A stretch of DNA of 62,674 bases, filler included, from Choristocarpus tenellus KU-1152 (lineage: Eukaryota; Protista; Phaeophyceae), in the NCBI GenBank assembly GCA_964200185.2. It is 8 parts of 8 records of this genome, joined end to end, with 100 filler letters (N's around TTAATTAATTAA, not from the genome) between each part and the next. Parts side by side here need not be neighbours in the genome. Positions count along the whole stretch, not along the records: positions 46,779 to 57,085 come from CAXNAD020002999.1; positions 57,186 to 62,674 come from CAXNAD020010630.1; 6 more parts are not named here. One strand, given 5' to 3'. The notes beneath the pieces are model-generated. The model had not been told where the DNA came from, did no database searches, and worked only from the letters and a program-made list of their open reading frames with translations. Each line of letters begins with the position of its first letter. Positions within the stretch are counted from its first letter, which is position 1. Below, piece by piece: positions 50,290 through 61,657 of the stretch. A program made the position numbers and the translations under genes.

Positions 50290-51620
50290 GAAACATCCAG
50301 ATTGTGTCGTGATCTGTATGCTTCAATCATCTCTGCACACTGAGGAATTTCCTTTCCTTTCCTTTCCGCCAGACATCACTAGCTGAGGCAAGACCTCTAA
50401 TTCTAAGCCAGTATGAATAGTTATGTGGGGATTTACGACCCACTCCAGATTTATGGTCTGCAATGCCCTCAACAAAGTATGACCCTAAAGTTCGTTGGAC
50501 ACTCGAACCTTGTTCTATATCTGGTTCAGGTATTATTCTGGCCAAAAATAAAGAATAAGAGAGTCAATGTCTGCTTCAGGAGGGTAGGCCTCTTTGTGTG
50601 GCTTAAGTCGTGCTATATGCGCAGTGATTTCTCAACGGTCGGCCCGCGCCTTCAAATGGTAGACTACCGGAGTTATCCGCTCTTTTACTTCATATGGTCC
50701 TCTCCACGGGGACGGTAACTTGAGGTTAGGAGCGTCTGTCGAAGTGTGGGGTTTGTGTATCCACACCTTAGTACCAACTTCATAAATAGAAATGGTGTGT
50801 TCAGTGACCTTGGACTCGTTGCATAAAGCCATCTCACCAATATTCTGTCTAGCCAGTTCATATGCCAGTTGTAAATTATTCACTGTTTGCTTACTGTACT
50901 CCTGGGTAGAAATAGGCATGGCCTCTGGTTCTCCCAAAATGATATCGATTGGTAATGTGGGATGTCTCCCAAACATTAAATAAAGGGTGTTTCTTGTACA
51001 GTGGTATTATATAAGCGGTATTGTGACTCAGTTGCACAAAAGGCAATAACGACGCCCAATCCAATTGATTCATATTGGAATACATAGCTAGCATGCCATG
51101 CATTGTCTTATGAATTCTGTCAAGAATGCTATTGCCTTGAGGTCAATACGGTGTTGTTTTTGTTTTCTTGTATCCATAGATCTTTTGAAGTTCCAAGATC
51201 AGCATATTTTCAAACTCCTTACCCTGGCCTGAGTGTGAGGTTTCTGGGGCGCCAAAAATAGAAAACACTTGTTCTGTTAATGCTTTTGCTATAGTTGTCT
51301 CTCGTTTGTCAGGGATAGCACTGAGTAAAGCAAACCTCGTTAAATGGTCAACAGCAGACAAGACATAAGTATTTTTCTCTGAGTTTTGTACTTTACCGAA
51401 TCAATTGCCACTCTCTGAAATGGGCGTGTTACTGGCATATGCCCTGGAGGGTTTGATAGGTTAGAAGGGGTTGTCTTGCGGCTTTGGCATGATTGACATG
51501 TTTCACGCCAAGCTTGAACAACTTTATGTTTAAGTAGGCTACCAAAACCGGTCAGAATCCGGTCAAAAGTGTGTTTGAAAGCAAGGTGTCCTAAGACCTT
51601 ATGATCATGAAGGGCATGGA
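50290..51620 (-). pseudogene. Gypsy integrase with GPY/F motif and chromodomain (disrupted)
   Basis: SAVDHLTRF, HSGQGKEF, WASLLPFVQLSHNT, FGRHPTLP, WRGPYEV; then YFVEGIADHK...YSYWLRIRGL...DVWR and MIEAYR. Confidence 0.9.
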
Positions 51621-51666
51621 GTATAAACCTTGTATCTCAGTGGATATCACTAATTGATTTCGGAAT

Positions 51667-52464
51667 TTATAGTTCTTTCGAAGGTGACTGGGTTGATACG
51701 ATTTTGTATAACATCTGTTTGCCTTCCATTTCTTGTGTGATAAAAGTAAGACCTGGTATACATTGTTTCGTTTTTTGGTAAAAGGGTTTTTCTGGACTAG
51801 CCATATATTTGAAATAGTCTTCCATATTGAGCTTGTTGAGCTTTGAATAGTACTTCAGGATCCACTGTTGGAAAACATTAACGGCGCTAGTGAATAGTTC
51901 CGTATCGTTTTGTACTCTGGTAATTTCACTTAGTTCATCGACTGATAGATCATATGCCGGGTAAACCTTGGGTGTGGAGACATTCGACTCTGTTTGGCCA
52001 ATATTGCGGCACAGTGGGGCTAGTGGAATTGGTGTTTCATCCAACACAAATTTCTCCAACCGTGTCCGGTATAACATATCCGGAATGTAGTGTAAACGTC
52101 CCGGTTTATGTAATACTGTGAAGCCAAAAGCTTGTAAGGCTAAGGCCCACCTGGTCAACATATTGGAAGTATCTTGCATTATATGTAACCAACGTAATGC
52201 CGAATGATCACTTGCAACCATAAAGTGCTTTCCCCAAATATATGGGTGCCAATGCGTTATGGCAAGGATGACAGGCAGACATTCCTTCTGAGTTGCTAAA
52301 TATCGTCTTTGGGTTGGCTTAAAAAGAGAACTATGGTACGCTACAATTTGGAAACTATCGTCCTCATTTTTATGTGCCAAGAAAGCTCCCAAGCTAACGT
52401 CGCTAGCGTCCATGTGAATAAAGAACTCTCGAGTAAAATCTGGAAAGCTTAACACTGGCGCCAT
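51667..52464 (-). pseudogene. Gypsy RNase H
   Basis: APVLSFPDFTREFFIHMDASDVSLGAFL..QRRYLATQKECL..SDHSALRWL..TRWALALQ..HKPG. Confidence 0.93.
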
Positions 52465-52486
52465 AGTTAATAGACGTTTACACTCA

Positions 52487-53420
52487 TTAATAGAATTTTG
52501 CTGTGGCCGTCCCCATAGTTGAGAGACTTTTGTCCCTTCCAGGCTTTTTTGTACTTTTCCTTGTAAGTGACACCAGGGGTTCGGTTATTGTAGCCAAATG
52601 GGGAATACGTTTCCAAACAAAGTTCATGGAACCTAGAAAGGATTGTAATTCCTTCACAGATTTAGGGGCTTTCAGAGCGGTAATAACCTGGATTCGATTT
52701 GGTGACACAGCAATACCACTGGGGATGGCTTCTGTCCCAAATATTGAATTTGAGCCAAATTGGGCTTTAGAGGGTTTGAAGGTGACTCCTACTTGCTGCA
52801 GTAATGACAATGCACTCTCAAGAAGTTGGATATGATGGTTCCACGTTGGGGGAGCTAGTACAATGTCATCAAGATAAATCAGTAAGCCCATACTCGGTCC
52901 TAGAGTCGAAAATGCTTCTGACATGAAGCTTTGATATATCCATGGTGCATTAGCAACACCGAAGGGTAGCCTTTTGAATTCGTATTTTCCATCCGGCATG
53001 ATAAGGGCAGTTTTTTGGCGTTCGCTGGCGTTAGTGATGGGTAGTTGCCAGTAGGCTAACTGAACATCGAGACACGACAGGTATTTTGCTCCCACTAGTG
53101 TACCCAAACAATCTTCCATGGATGGTAACGGCTAGGAATTACGTACAATATTTTGTTCAATGAGAGACTATAGTCTACACAGAATCAAGGAGACCCATCA
53201 GGTTTTGTAGCTATGGTCACCGGTGACGCCCAAGGACTTGAGGAGGGTTGAATTATTCCCTGATTTTCCATGTCCTCCTCACAACTACGGATTGTTTCAC
53301 ATATTTTGGGTGCAAGCTGATATGGTGGACGATTCACAGGAACTGCACCTGGTTTAAGTGAAAATTAAACACTGGCATTATTGCAACGGCCTAGTTCCTC
53401 AGAAGTGATTGAAAATAAAG
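52487..53420 (-). pseudogene. Gypsy reverse transcriptase (disrupted)
   Basis: LDVQLAYWQ, KTA...GKYEFKRLPFGVANAP, IYLDDIV, ELQSFLG; upstream PSSSPWASPV..KPDG..FCVDY in broken frames. Confidence 0.93.
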
Positions 53421-54378
53421 GGCGATATTTAGCAACAAGGTCAAGTAGCTCTTGTTCATTATCAGATAACAGTGTATCTACCAGGACTTTTTTACCAAAA
53501 ACGTTTTTTAATTCATCACGGGCTTGGTACAACACAATCTAGATGCTACGAAGTCTTGACACACTGTTCCAATAGATTTGGAAGAATGCTTCACTGCTGA
53601 GGATGTTATTGCATTAGCCAAATGAGTCTGAGGCAGTGGATTGGAATTTGACCATTTCGAGTGATTAACCATTGTAGGTTTTTTCACTGCAGGGATGGAG
53701 TCCAAAGAATTGTTAGATACATGTGATTGAGACAGTGTTCAAATGCATCATCAGGTGCCGATTTGGTGAACAACTTGGTTGGTTGTCCACTTCTGGGTCG
53801 GATCCCGAAGAAAAATTGCAAACATCTGGTGTAGGTAGGTGTTGCCCATGTCTTTCTTTACTTAGCCTGTCTGAGTGACAATTTGTAGCAACAGTGTTCA
53901 CTACTGGTAAGGAAACCAATGGATTAACACATCCTAAACGAGAAGCCCTATTAAGAAACTCTTACTCTGACCCAACACAAGAAGAGGGAACTACTTCTGC
54001 TGGGCACCCCTATCCACGCTTGTTGATTTTCCCATTTCCCTGTGCTGATCTTGTGCAATTTACCTTGTGAAGTAATACTATTCATCAGTAGTGAAGACGA
54101 GAAGGTGTGAAGCCTCACACGGTTAACCATCGCTGAACGTGATTACATGGTTGAAATTAGAAGAGTGACCATTACATAGTGTGTCTTCTCATTGCTTGTT
54201 TTATTAGTATTTTGTTTCCTACCTAAGTCAACAGTTACGTCAAAGTAGTTGAATGCAGAATAATAACCAATACATATTCCCATTCCTAATCCTGATATAC
54301 TTTCTCATTAGTTACGTCACATGGACTCATTCAAAATGTTAATCTCTCATATCCAAAATAAGGTACCTCACTTTTGTC

Positions 54379-55669
54379 CTATTTTGCACAGATTTTAGGG
54401 AGTAGATTCCTCCATCGAACCCTGTGCCGAAAAAGAGGCAGTGAGGGCTGCAACATATTGTTGCATCGTTTCATTGGGGGCCTTGGGTTGGGGTTATCAA
54501 ACGCGCGAGGACGATAATGAGGTTTATAATTCTCGCCATCTGGGTTGAAACAATGCTCTGTGCTGTGACCCTTTCGAGATTTAGCACCACGGCCTGGAAA
54601 ATCACAAAACCGTTTTTTTTTTATCGGGGTGCTCACGCTTTTTCTCGGTTTGTCTTGTGTGGGTACTTGGTCACAAGTTGAAGTGGGACTATTCCGTTTC
54701 TTTGCACACAACATATGGACCTCTGCTTGTAGTTCTTGGGCCAACTTCTGTAGAGACTCAAGGTCAGAAAACCGTAATGCTGTGACTGGCAAAGAAAGCA
54801 AATTTTCTGCGGCCAAAGTTGAAACCGTTACATTGCGATATGAGCGGTCGCCAAACTCAAGGCCTGATCTTGAAGCATCCACTAAAGCAGCTGCGTCTAC
54901 GAGTTACCAAAAATTTGGAGGGTTCGGTAACAATCTGATGGCCCGCAAAATTGAGGGCTGGCCTCCGAGATTGAACACACACATGGCTAAGCAGCTGGCT
55001 AATCTTGGTTGCCCTTCCTCATTGACAGGAATGAGTCTCACAAAATTGTCTACACTTTGCCCCACTCTGTGGCCAAACGCTCGTGCCCTTTCCCACTCTG
55101 GCATGTGTAAGTGAATGGTAGTGCGAAAGTAGTCGTCCAAAGGAAATTGTGATACGAACTGGTGGGTAAATTCCTCTACCAACTGGTCCCATGATGCAAA
55201 GGATGGTGACAAAAAAACTTCTGGCATGGCGTTGTGATAATGAGTTCCCAGACGGATGCATGAGTACAAGTCGTCAAATGTCTGCTCATAGATACCATGT
55301 TCTCGAACTTGCACCAATCTTTTTTTGACCATTGCTAGCAAACAAATTCGGGACCGATATTCGGAAAATACCAAGATCAGGTCAGGGACGGCGACACACT
55401 GTTCCCCATCTTTGTCCTTGTACTTATCTGAGATTTGCTCGATCTCAACTCTGCTGATACCTGAAGTGCCGAAACCACCAATGCATGCTCCTGGAGTCGT
55501 TCAACTCTGAATTCCAACAGGGTTTTTTCCACAACATCACAAAGGGACGTAAGTGGGTTGAATTCCCGGACTCGCAGCTTTCCTCCAGTACCGCAAACCG
55601 ATTTGCTGATGGGCTGGCCGTATTGCGGGGGGACCTGTCCCTGGGTTGAACCCCCGCCATCCATCCCAT
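54379..55669 (-). pseudogene. Gypsy gag (disrupted), with degenerate zinc knuckle
   Basis: Broken ORFs between PBS and pol; SWDQLVEEFTHQF and FCDF....KGHSTEHC. Confidence 0.7.
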
Positions 55670-55860
55670 CTTGCTCTAGACTCCTAGGAGGCCATCAACC
55701 GAATCGGTGGGTGGAATATCGGTGTTTGGGGCAGGTGTCTAAGAGGGATGGATCCACCATACAAAGAAGTTACCAAGGATAGAAGAAAACGCGATAAAAG
55801 TGACAAGGGAAAATCTAAAACAACTGGGCCAACTGAACCAGAACCTAGTCCAAACAAGAC

Positions 55861-55911
55861 AAGGCTCTGATAAAGCCGAGGTCCCAGGTTCGAGCCCCGA
55901 CGTGAGTACCA
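55861..55911 (+). other. tRNA-derived segment (anticodon GAT, Ile-like; anticodon arm to CCA) forming an extended primer-binding site
   Basis: aggct-ctGATaa-agccg / aggtc / ccagg-ttcgagc-cccga / cgtgagt-a-cca in canonical tRNA spacing, 1 nt from the 5' LTR. Confidence 0.85.
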
Positions 55912-55912
55912 T

Positions 55913-56229
55913 TGTCATGAGGCAGGGTCCAATCAGTCGTGGGGGTGTTCAGAATAACCAGGTGTGTCGTGGTGGGGTGCTTCCAACAAACCCAAAGCTC
56001 TCTCAGCCATGAAAGTTTGAAGAGAATCCCAGATCCACCAGATGACGTCATATCTTGGTTATCGTCAACGGCAAGAGGTCTGAGAATTTTCAAGAGTTCT
56101 CTGTGTTTGATGTTGGTGGGAACGTCACGAATGACAAAGAAATGTGCGCGCAATGCACTTGTGCGTGCGCGCGGATGTGTATCTGGACAGAGATCAGATC
56201 CCAAAGGGGCCTACCTGTCTGTCACATCA
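55913..56229 (-). repeat. 5' LTR of the Gypsy element
   Basis: Direct repeat of 48574-48900 with substitutions and indels; adjacent to the PBS. Confidence 0.93.
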
Positions 56230-59200
56230 ATTTCAAATTGATATACTATTATCCCTTCGCTGTGTCAAGAACAGGTTCTTGCTGCTTCGAGATGTTTACT
56301 CACATATTTACCCACACATTACTATGCAAAGGAAAATTTCAAGTATTGAAATTCGATATATATTTTGATTATCTAATACAGAAGAAAATATACACTTTTT
56401 TTTTTGGAAAATGAACGTTTAGTCCCAAGAAACAGTTCAAAATGGTACCCAGGTGTGATGTCGTGGATATATGCGTAGAAGTTATTTAATATTTTTGAAG
56501 ATCTTGGAGAGAAGAGGTTGGTGATGTACCAATATGTTACCAAGTATTGTGTGGGCGTGTCGTGCATCACATCCTCATAGGTATTATTTTCTCGCATGCG
56601 GTCTGTGTTCCTTACTCGTCATATATTATACAGTAGTACTATATTAAAATAGTGTGCCTAAACCGGAAAATGTGGCAGCACAGAAACGCTTGGCGAACGG
56701 AGGGGATGGGGGTGTGCCTGATGGATTTACCAAGAAGCGGAATACAAGAAGTGAACACCTTGCTATAATTGACTCTATCACGAGACCTGGCACCACACTC
56801 CTTAGTTGCTTCTTCCGTCCAATTATTGAGTGGAATCAGTCACTAGCCAGTGTGATTTTGGAAGCAGAGTTAACAAAACACTTAACAGCCTCTCAGCGAA
56901 ATTGAGGATAGAGCATTCTATGGAGGATGGGCTTGACCCAAAATTGTCCTGGTAAAAGTGTCGATATGTTTTTTTTTGTAAATATTGCGGCACTTTTTAA
57001 GGGGAAACAATCAGCACTACTGTTGGAAACCTGCCAATGACAGCTACAGCCGCCACCGCTCACTACAAGTGAATTATGAGAAACANNNNNNNNNNNNNNN
57101 NNNNNNNNNNNNNNNNNNNNNNNNNNNNNTTAATTAATTAANNNNNNNNNNNNNNNNNNNNNNNNNNNNNNNNNNNNNNNNNNNNCACAGGGGCAGGTGA
57201 GGGTAGGCCCACTGGGAGGACGGCGAAGGAGAGGTAGTAGCAGGTGGCCGTAAAGTCTCCAGGAAGGATCTTGTCAGCCTCAAGCATAGCAACCTTTGGT
57301 GTATAACAGTACAAGGGATATAAGGAAGGTGTGCAGTGGGATAAGGGGGCAGTAGGATGATGGGCAGCAAGTGGATCATGGATGGGGAATCACCTAGGAA
57401 TTTTCTTGCAAGCTTCAATGGTGACACTTTGATAATCAAGAACTGAATGTTGCTTGATGAAGCCATCACATGATGGGGACTTGTTAGTTAGACAACAAGG
57501 TATGATATGCATGATCACTCTCAAGGGTATCGATTAACTTGTCCAACAATATGAATTTACAGTCTTCTTTCCGCATTTGTAGCAAGTGTGGCTATTGCAA
57601 TCAGTAGTGGAACCATCATTGTCAACATTTCAGCAGTTTCATCATAATGTTCTACATATACCCAGCAAATGCTTTTTTCCCCTGCACATCTCCCCCCCCC
57701 AACACACTGCAAGTTATACATTGGACAACCCCATCAGGAAGCCTTGTGCATGGTCAAGGACTGACATTCTTCCATGTTCCACTACATGGATACTTGATTA
57801 CCTTAAAAAGGAGCAGAAAAGTAGAATCAAGAAGTCAGTAGGAATAGTCAATTCCATCACACATCTTGTATGATCCGGTAAGAAAGAGAACGTTGCATAT
57901 TGTTCTTTTCTATTACTTCTGTCCATTTGCATCACAACCAAATGAGGTCATACAAAATATCCCTTCTAACCCTAACCCTTGCCATAGACCCACCCCGCAA
58001 CAACCCTACTGAGGATAACTTTTCCCTAGGGCTACATATATATACACATTTCCATCTACTCTTCAATACTGACTAATAATAGAGGAACAAAGCACTCCCT
58101 GTTTGTTTGAAGCTTTGATACGACAACTTCAATAATATTTTAGTTGCTGCGAGAGACGACCCAATGCTGTGAAGAGCACACTTTTGAGTCAATCTACATA
58201 ATCTGCCACACTATCCACTGTACACTAGTCCAAGATCGGGTTACATTTCTCTAAGGTCATACTACACAAAACTGTTGGCTCTGTAGCACCACATAGCTGC
58301 TTTCTACACAATAAAATGTTCTCGTGATATCATCACATCGACACTCTGCAAAGACAAGCCCCAAGAGTACCCATCTTGTTACTGTCCTACAGAGCTAAGA
58401 TACACACTCTTGTTACTGTCCTGCTGTGGAGTACAGGGAACGCTCGCTAATAAAATCTATGAACATGGAGACTATAGTTAGGTACATCAATTGAGGATAC
58501 AATGAACACTACATGCCGTCACTGTAGACTTGTCAGGTGTACAACACAGAAGAGGACAACACTGATCTGCTCTTCCACCAGTAACCGTGCAAATTTTGCT
58601 CTGATAAATATATCTAAAATGGAAATGGGATCTCCCAGACACCTGCATGCATTCTGCATTGAGTCAGCTAACCCTGAATCATCTCTAATTATGGGCGTGA
58701 AGTCATGCCTAGAATACAGCATAGTATCACTAAACTAATACCTGTATGATACATGACAACACATATACCACACAATGACCATGGGTTGGAACATCAAGGT
58801 AAGAAGATGGGTGTGGCTTTGATCTTCTGTAACTGTCACCATCAGACCCTCAAGACTTAACCTGTCCTACCTTCTAATGCTTGTCCCACCTCCCACCCTT
58901 CTTCAGAAGGTAAATAGTAACGAGGTTATGCAACCTTACCGAGTTAATTTCACTCTTGCCAGTTAATTCCACTCTTGCCTCTCTCCCCAATCTTAGTCTG
59001 AAGTCAGAACTGAACAATGTTCAACAATATTCAACAAATCGGGCCTGCCAGGAGGTACACACTTTCTTGGCCTCCAACTAAAGCGGATGAAGACTTGCAG
59101 TTATGAATGCCAAGGTCTGGCATGGATGTTATCAACAATGACAACATTGCAGTCAACATCTTCACAGAAGATTGGGCCAGTCAAAAGAACTTGAGGCTGA

Positions 59201-60142
59201 AGCAGTGTTGGAGGCCACTGGAGGGCAAATGCAGTCAACAATGGTAACTAGAGCACCTCTGGTTGGTGTGCTAAGTGATGCAGAGGAATAGTCAAGGTTT
59301 AACGGTCATTTTTCAATGATCTGCCTCCCCTTGTTTCACAATCTTTTATGCACAACAAAACAATAAAATATATTATCATACAGTATAGAACAACTGACAA
59401 TAACTATCCAATATGCATACAATATCTCCTCTGACCTCTTAGGCATCAATTTTGACCAGTTCTCCTTCATTTGCCCTCATTTTCAGTGGCCAATTCACAA
59501 TTACACACAAAATACCCATATACCATGGCTGAGATTACAGTTAACCAACCTAATCACAGCCATAATTGCCAATCCTTGAAATATGTGTCCTGGCGTTATA
59601 GACACAATCACAATTGGTAAAAACTCATACAGCACATTCTTAAGGAGAGCTCACTGACTGATTTCACATTAAATGCCTCGGATTGATGTCTAGGCCTCAC
59701 ATAATAATACAAATCTATCAGCAGAATCATTAGGTGAAGAGATTGATCGGTTCAAAGCCGTTAAAGAAACAAAGTCTGAGCCCTCTCCTCCCCTACAGCT
59801 AACGCATCTTTCAAGTATAGCTTGCATAGATTGACTGCAAACACAAAAGTTAATCCTCCAATACACTTCAAAGATCAAAGCTGAAACAAAAAAGAGGAAA
59901 AAATAAACCAGAACATCAACCAGTACCGCAATCAAAAAGTCAATGAAACCATTTCGTCTTCATGTCTCTGTTCTGTAATGTTGCCATGGACACACTTTTT
60001 TTTTCTTCTACATTTCTACTCTGCAGGGTGGTTGCATATGACTGTGAGAGAACCTACTGACGGTGTCACCAAATTGTGTTGTAATATTGGTGTAATATTT
60101 GACATACCTAACACAATACACAGTTATACCTTCTCAGTAGAG

Positions 60143-60709
60143 ACTATAAACTCAATGCATTCAACTAAAACAATTTCTAATGTGGGGACATGTGCCTTTG
60201 AAGTGTGCTGATTGGTGCTTAAAATAACAAAAAAGCATTTCAAATGTACAATATCAATGATGTATTATTATTATTATTTTCAGCTGTCATAGTTGTGCAT
60301 TGATCTTAGATGATGTACAATATAGATCTTCCTTACCGGTCAATATTCACGAGATACGCCTTCATTATTATACTGTCTTTGATTAGTGTTAGGGTTGATC
60401 GCTTGGCTGTAACACAAAGGAACCAAATTGGTTTCGGGTTAACGTGAGGGAAACATCATCAGACGCAGTACTGTTGACAACAAATACATCTCAGTTATTG
60501 CAAAATAACATTGTCACTGATGTTCTAACTCAGAAAAATACAGAATGATTTTTGTTCTGTCCATGCCAAGAGTCACCCAAATTCTCAACAGGTTCTTTTA
60601 TGTTCTTCAAACCCTTATATATAGATCCATCCATCACCAATCAGCACACTGCAAAGGCATACTACCCCACACTAAAAGCAAGATATAACTAAACACATTG
60701 AGTCTATGT
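60143..60709. mobile_element. Old foldback/MITE-like element with ~70-bp imperfect inverted arms
   Basis: tgcctttgaagtgtgctgattggtg (60193-60217) is inverted at 60635-60659 with 1 mismatch; weaker similarity extends outward (actcaatg/cattgagt). Confidence 0.5.
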
Positions 60710-60828
60710 GAACCTTTTCCACCTTAAAAATATATATTTTTATGTTGAAAATCAACATCTTCTTGTGTTCCCCGTCACCAGCCAAAAATTGAGTTTGCTA
60801 ACACCCTAGGTACTACTTCCCTGCACCA

Positions 60829-60882
60829 TCATAGCACATACAAGCATAGCACATACAGGCATAGCACATACAGGCATAGCAC
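60829..60882. repeat. 16-bp tandem repeat (catagcacatacargg-type), ~3.5 copies
   Basis: Directly visible. Confidence 0.85.
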
Positions 60883-61657
60883 CTCAAGAACAACAAGACA
60901 GAGATATAACTAGACATTTGACAGAATATAAAATTTGTCAATGTGTACCTTCTCCAGTAGCATTAAGGTAGTACTAGCACAAATTATCTCTGCATATCCA
61001 TATTAGTTCAATATTTTTAACCTCGAGGTCAGAGGCAACACAAATCATGGCCCCTACCAATGTGCATGTTAACTCTCCCCCAACATCCCTTACTGCCATG
61101 ACACTACTCCACCGCAACCCACACTGCAGATTGCGTATGCAAGAGGTTCTCAAGTTTTACTGACCATACCAAATCTTCTCCAATAGTAATTTGGTGGTGA
61201 TTCTATACTAGATTGGTCCACTGCATTCAACACTATGTGATAGGCTAATGCAGTTATAGTGACGTCATCACCTATAGTACATTACCATACCAATAACCCA
61301 CCAGTATCAACCATTGCAGAGGTTCTTTTATATGCGTTACATATATTTAAGTTAAGCACACTATATTGTAAACATTCAAGTGTAGAGCAAAAGAATTGAT
61401 AAGTTACCCTCTGAAATCTCAGCTTGAAAATCTAAATGTAAGTGCAAAACCAAAGAAGGGTTTTCCTTATCTCATCCGTATTGGTACTAAAATGGACATG
61501 CAGGATACACTAATGAAAGGTTGCCTTTCACCTCCAGAAATCATCTTCATGCCCAAAGCATATTCTCCACACCCTTCAATTCCAATCCTTGTCAAAGTCC
61601 CTGAAAAACAATTCTTACCAAACTACCATAACAGCAAGTGCAAGAGGGGTGGCTTAC

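Larger units (their letters stand above)
48574..56229 (-). mobile_element. Full-length decayed Ty3/Gypsy LTR retrotransposon with chromodomain-bearing integrase
   Basis: Two LTRs, PBS, PPT, and domain order gag-(PR)-RT-RNaseH-INT-chromodomain, with many stops and frameshifts. Confidence 0.96.

Noticed and set aside
55846-55911. Functional stand-alone tRNA-Ile gene
   Set aside because: The 5' acceptor strand is missing, the D-loop is too short, the T-stem has two mismatches, and CCA is encoded next to an LTR; treated as a PBS-associated copy.
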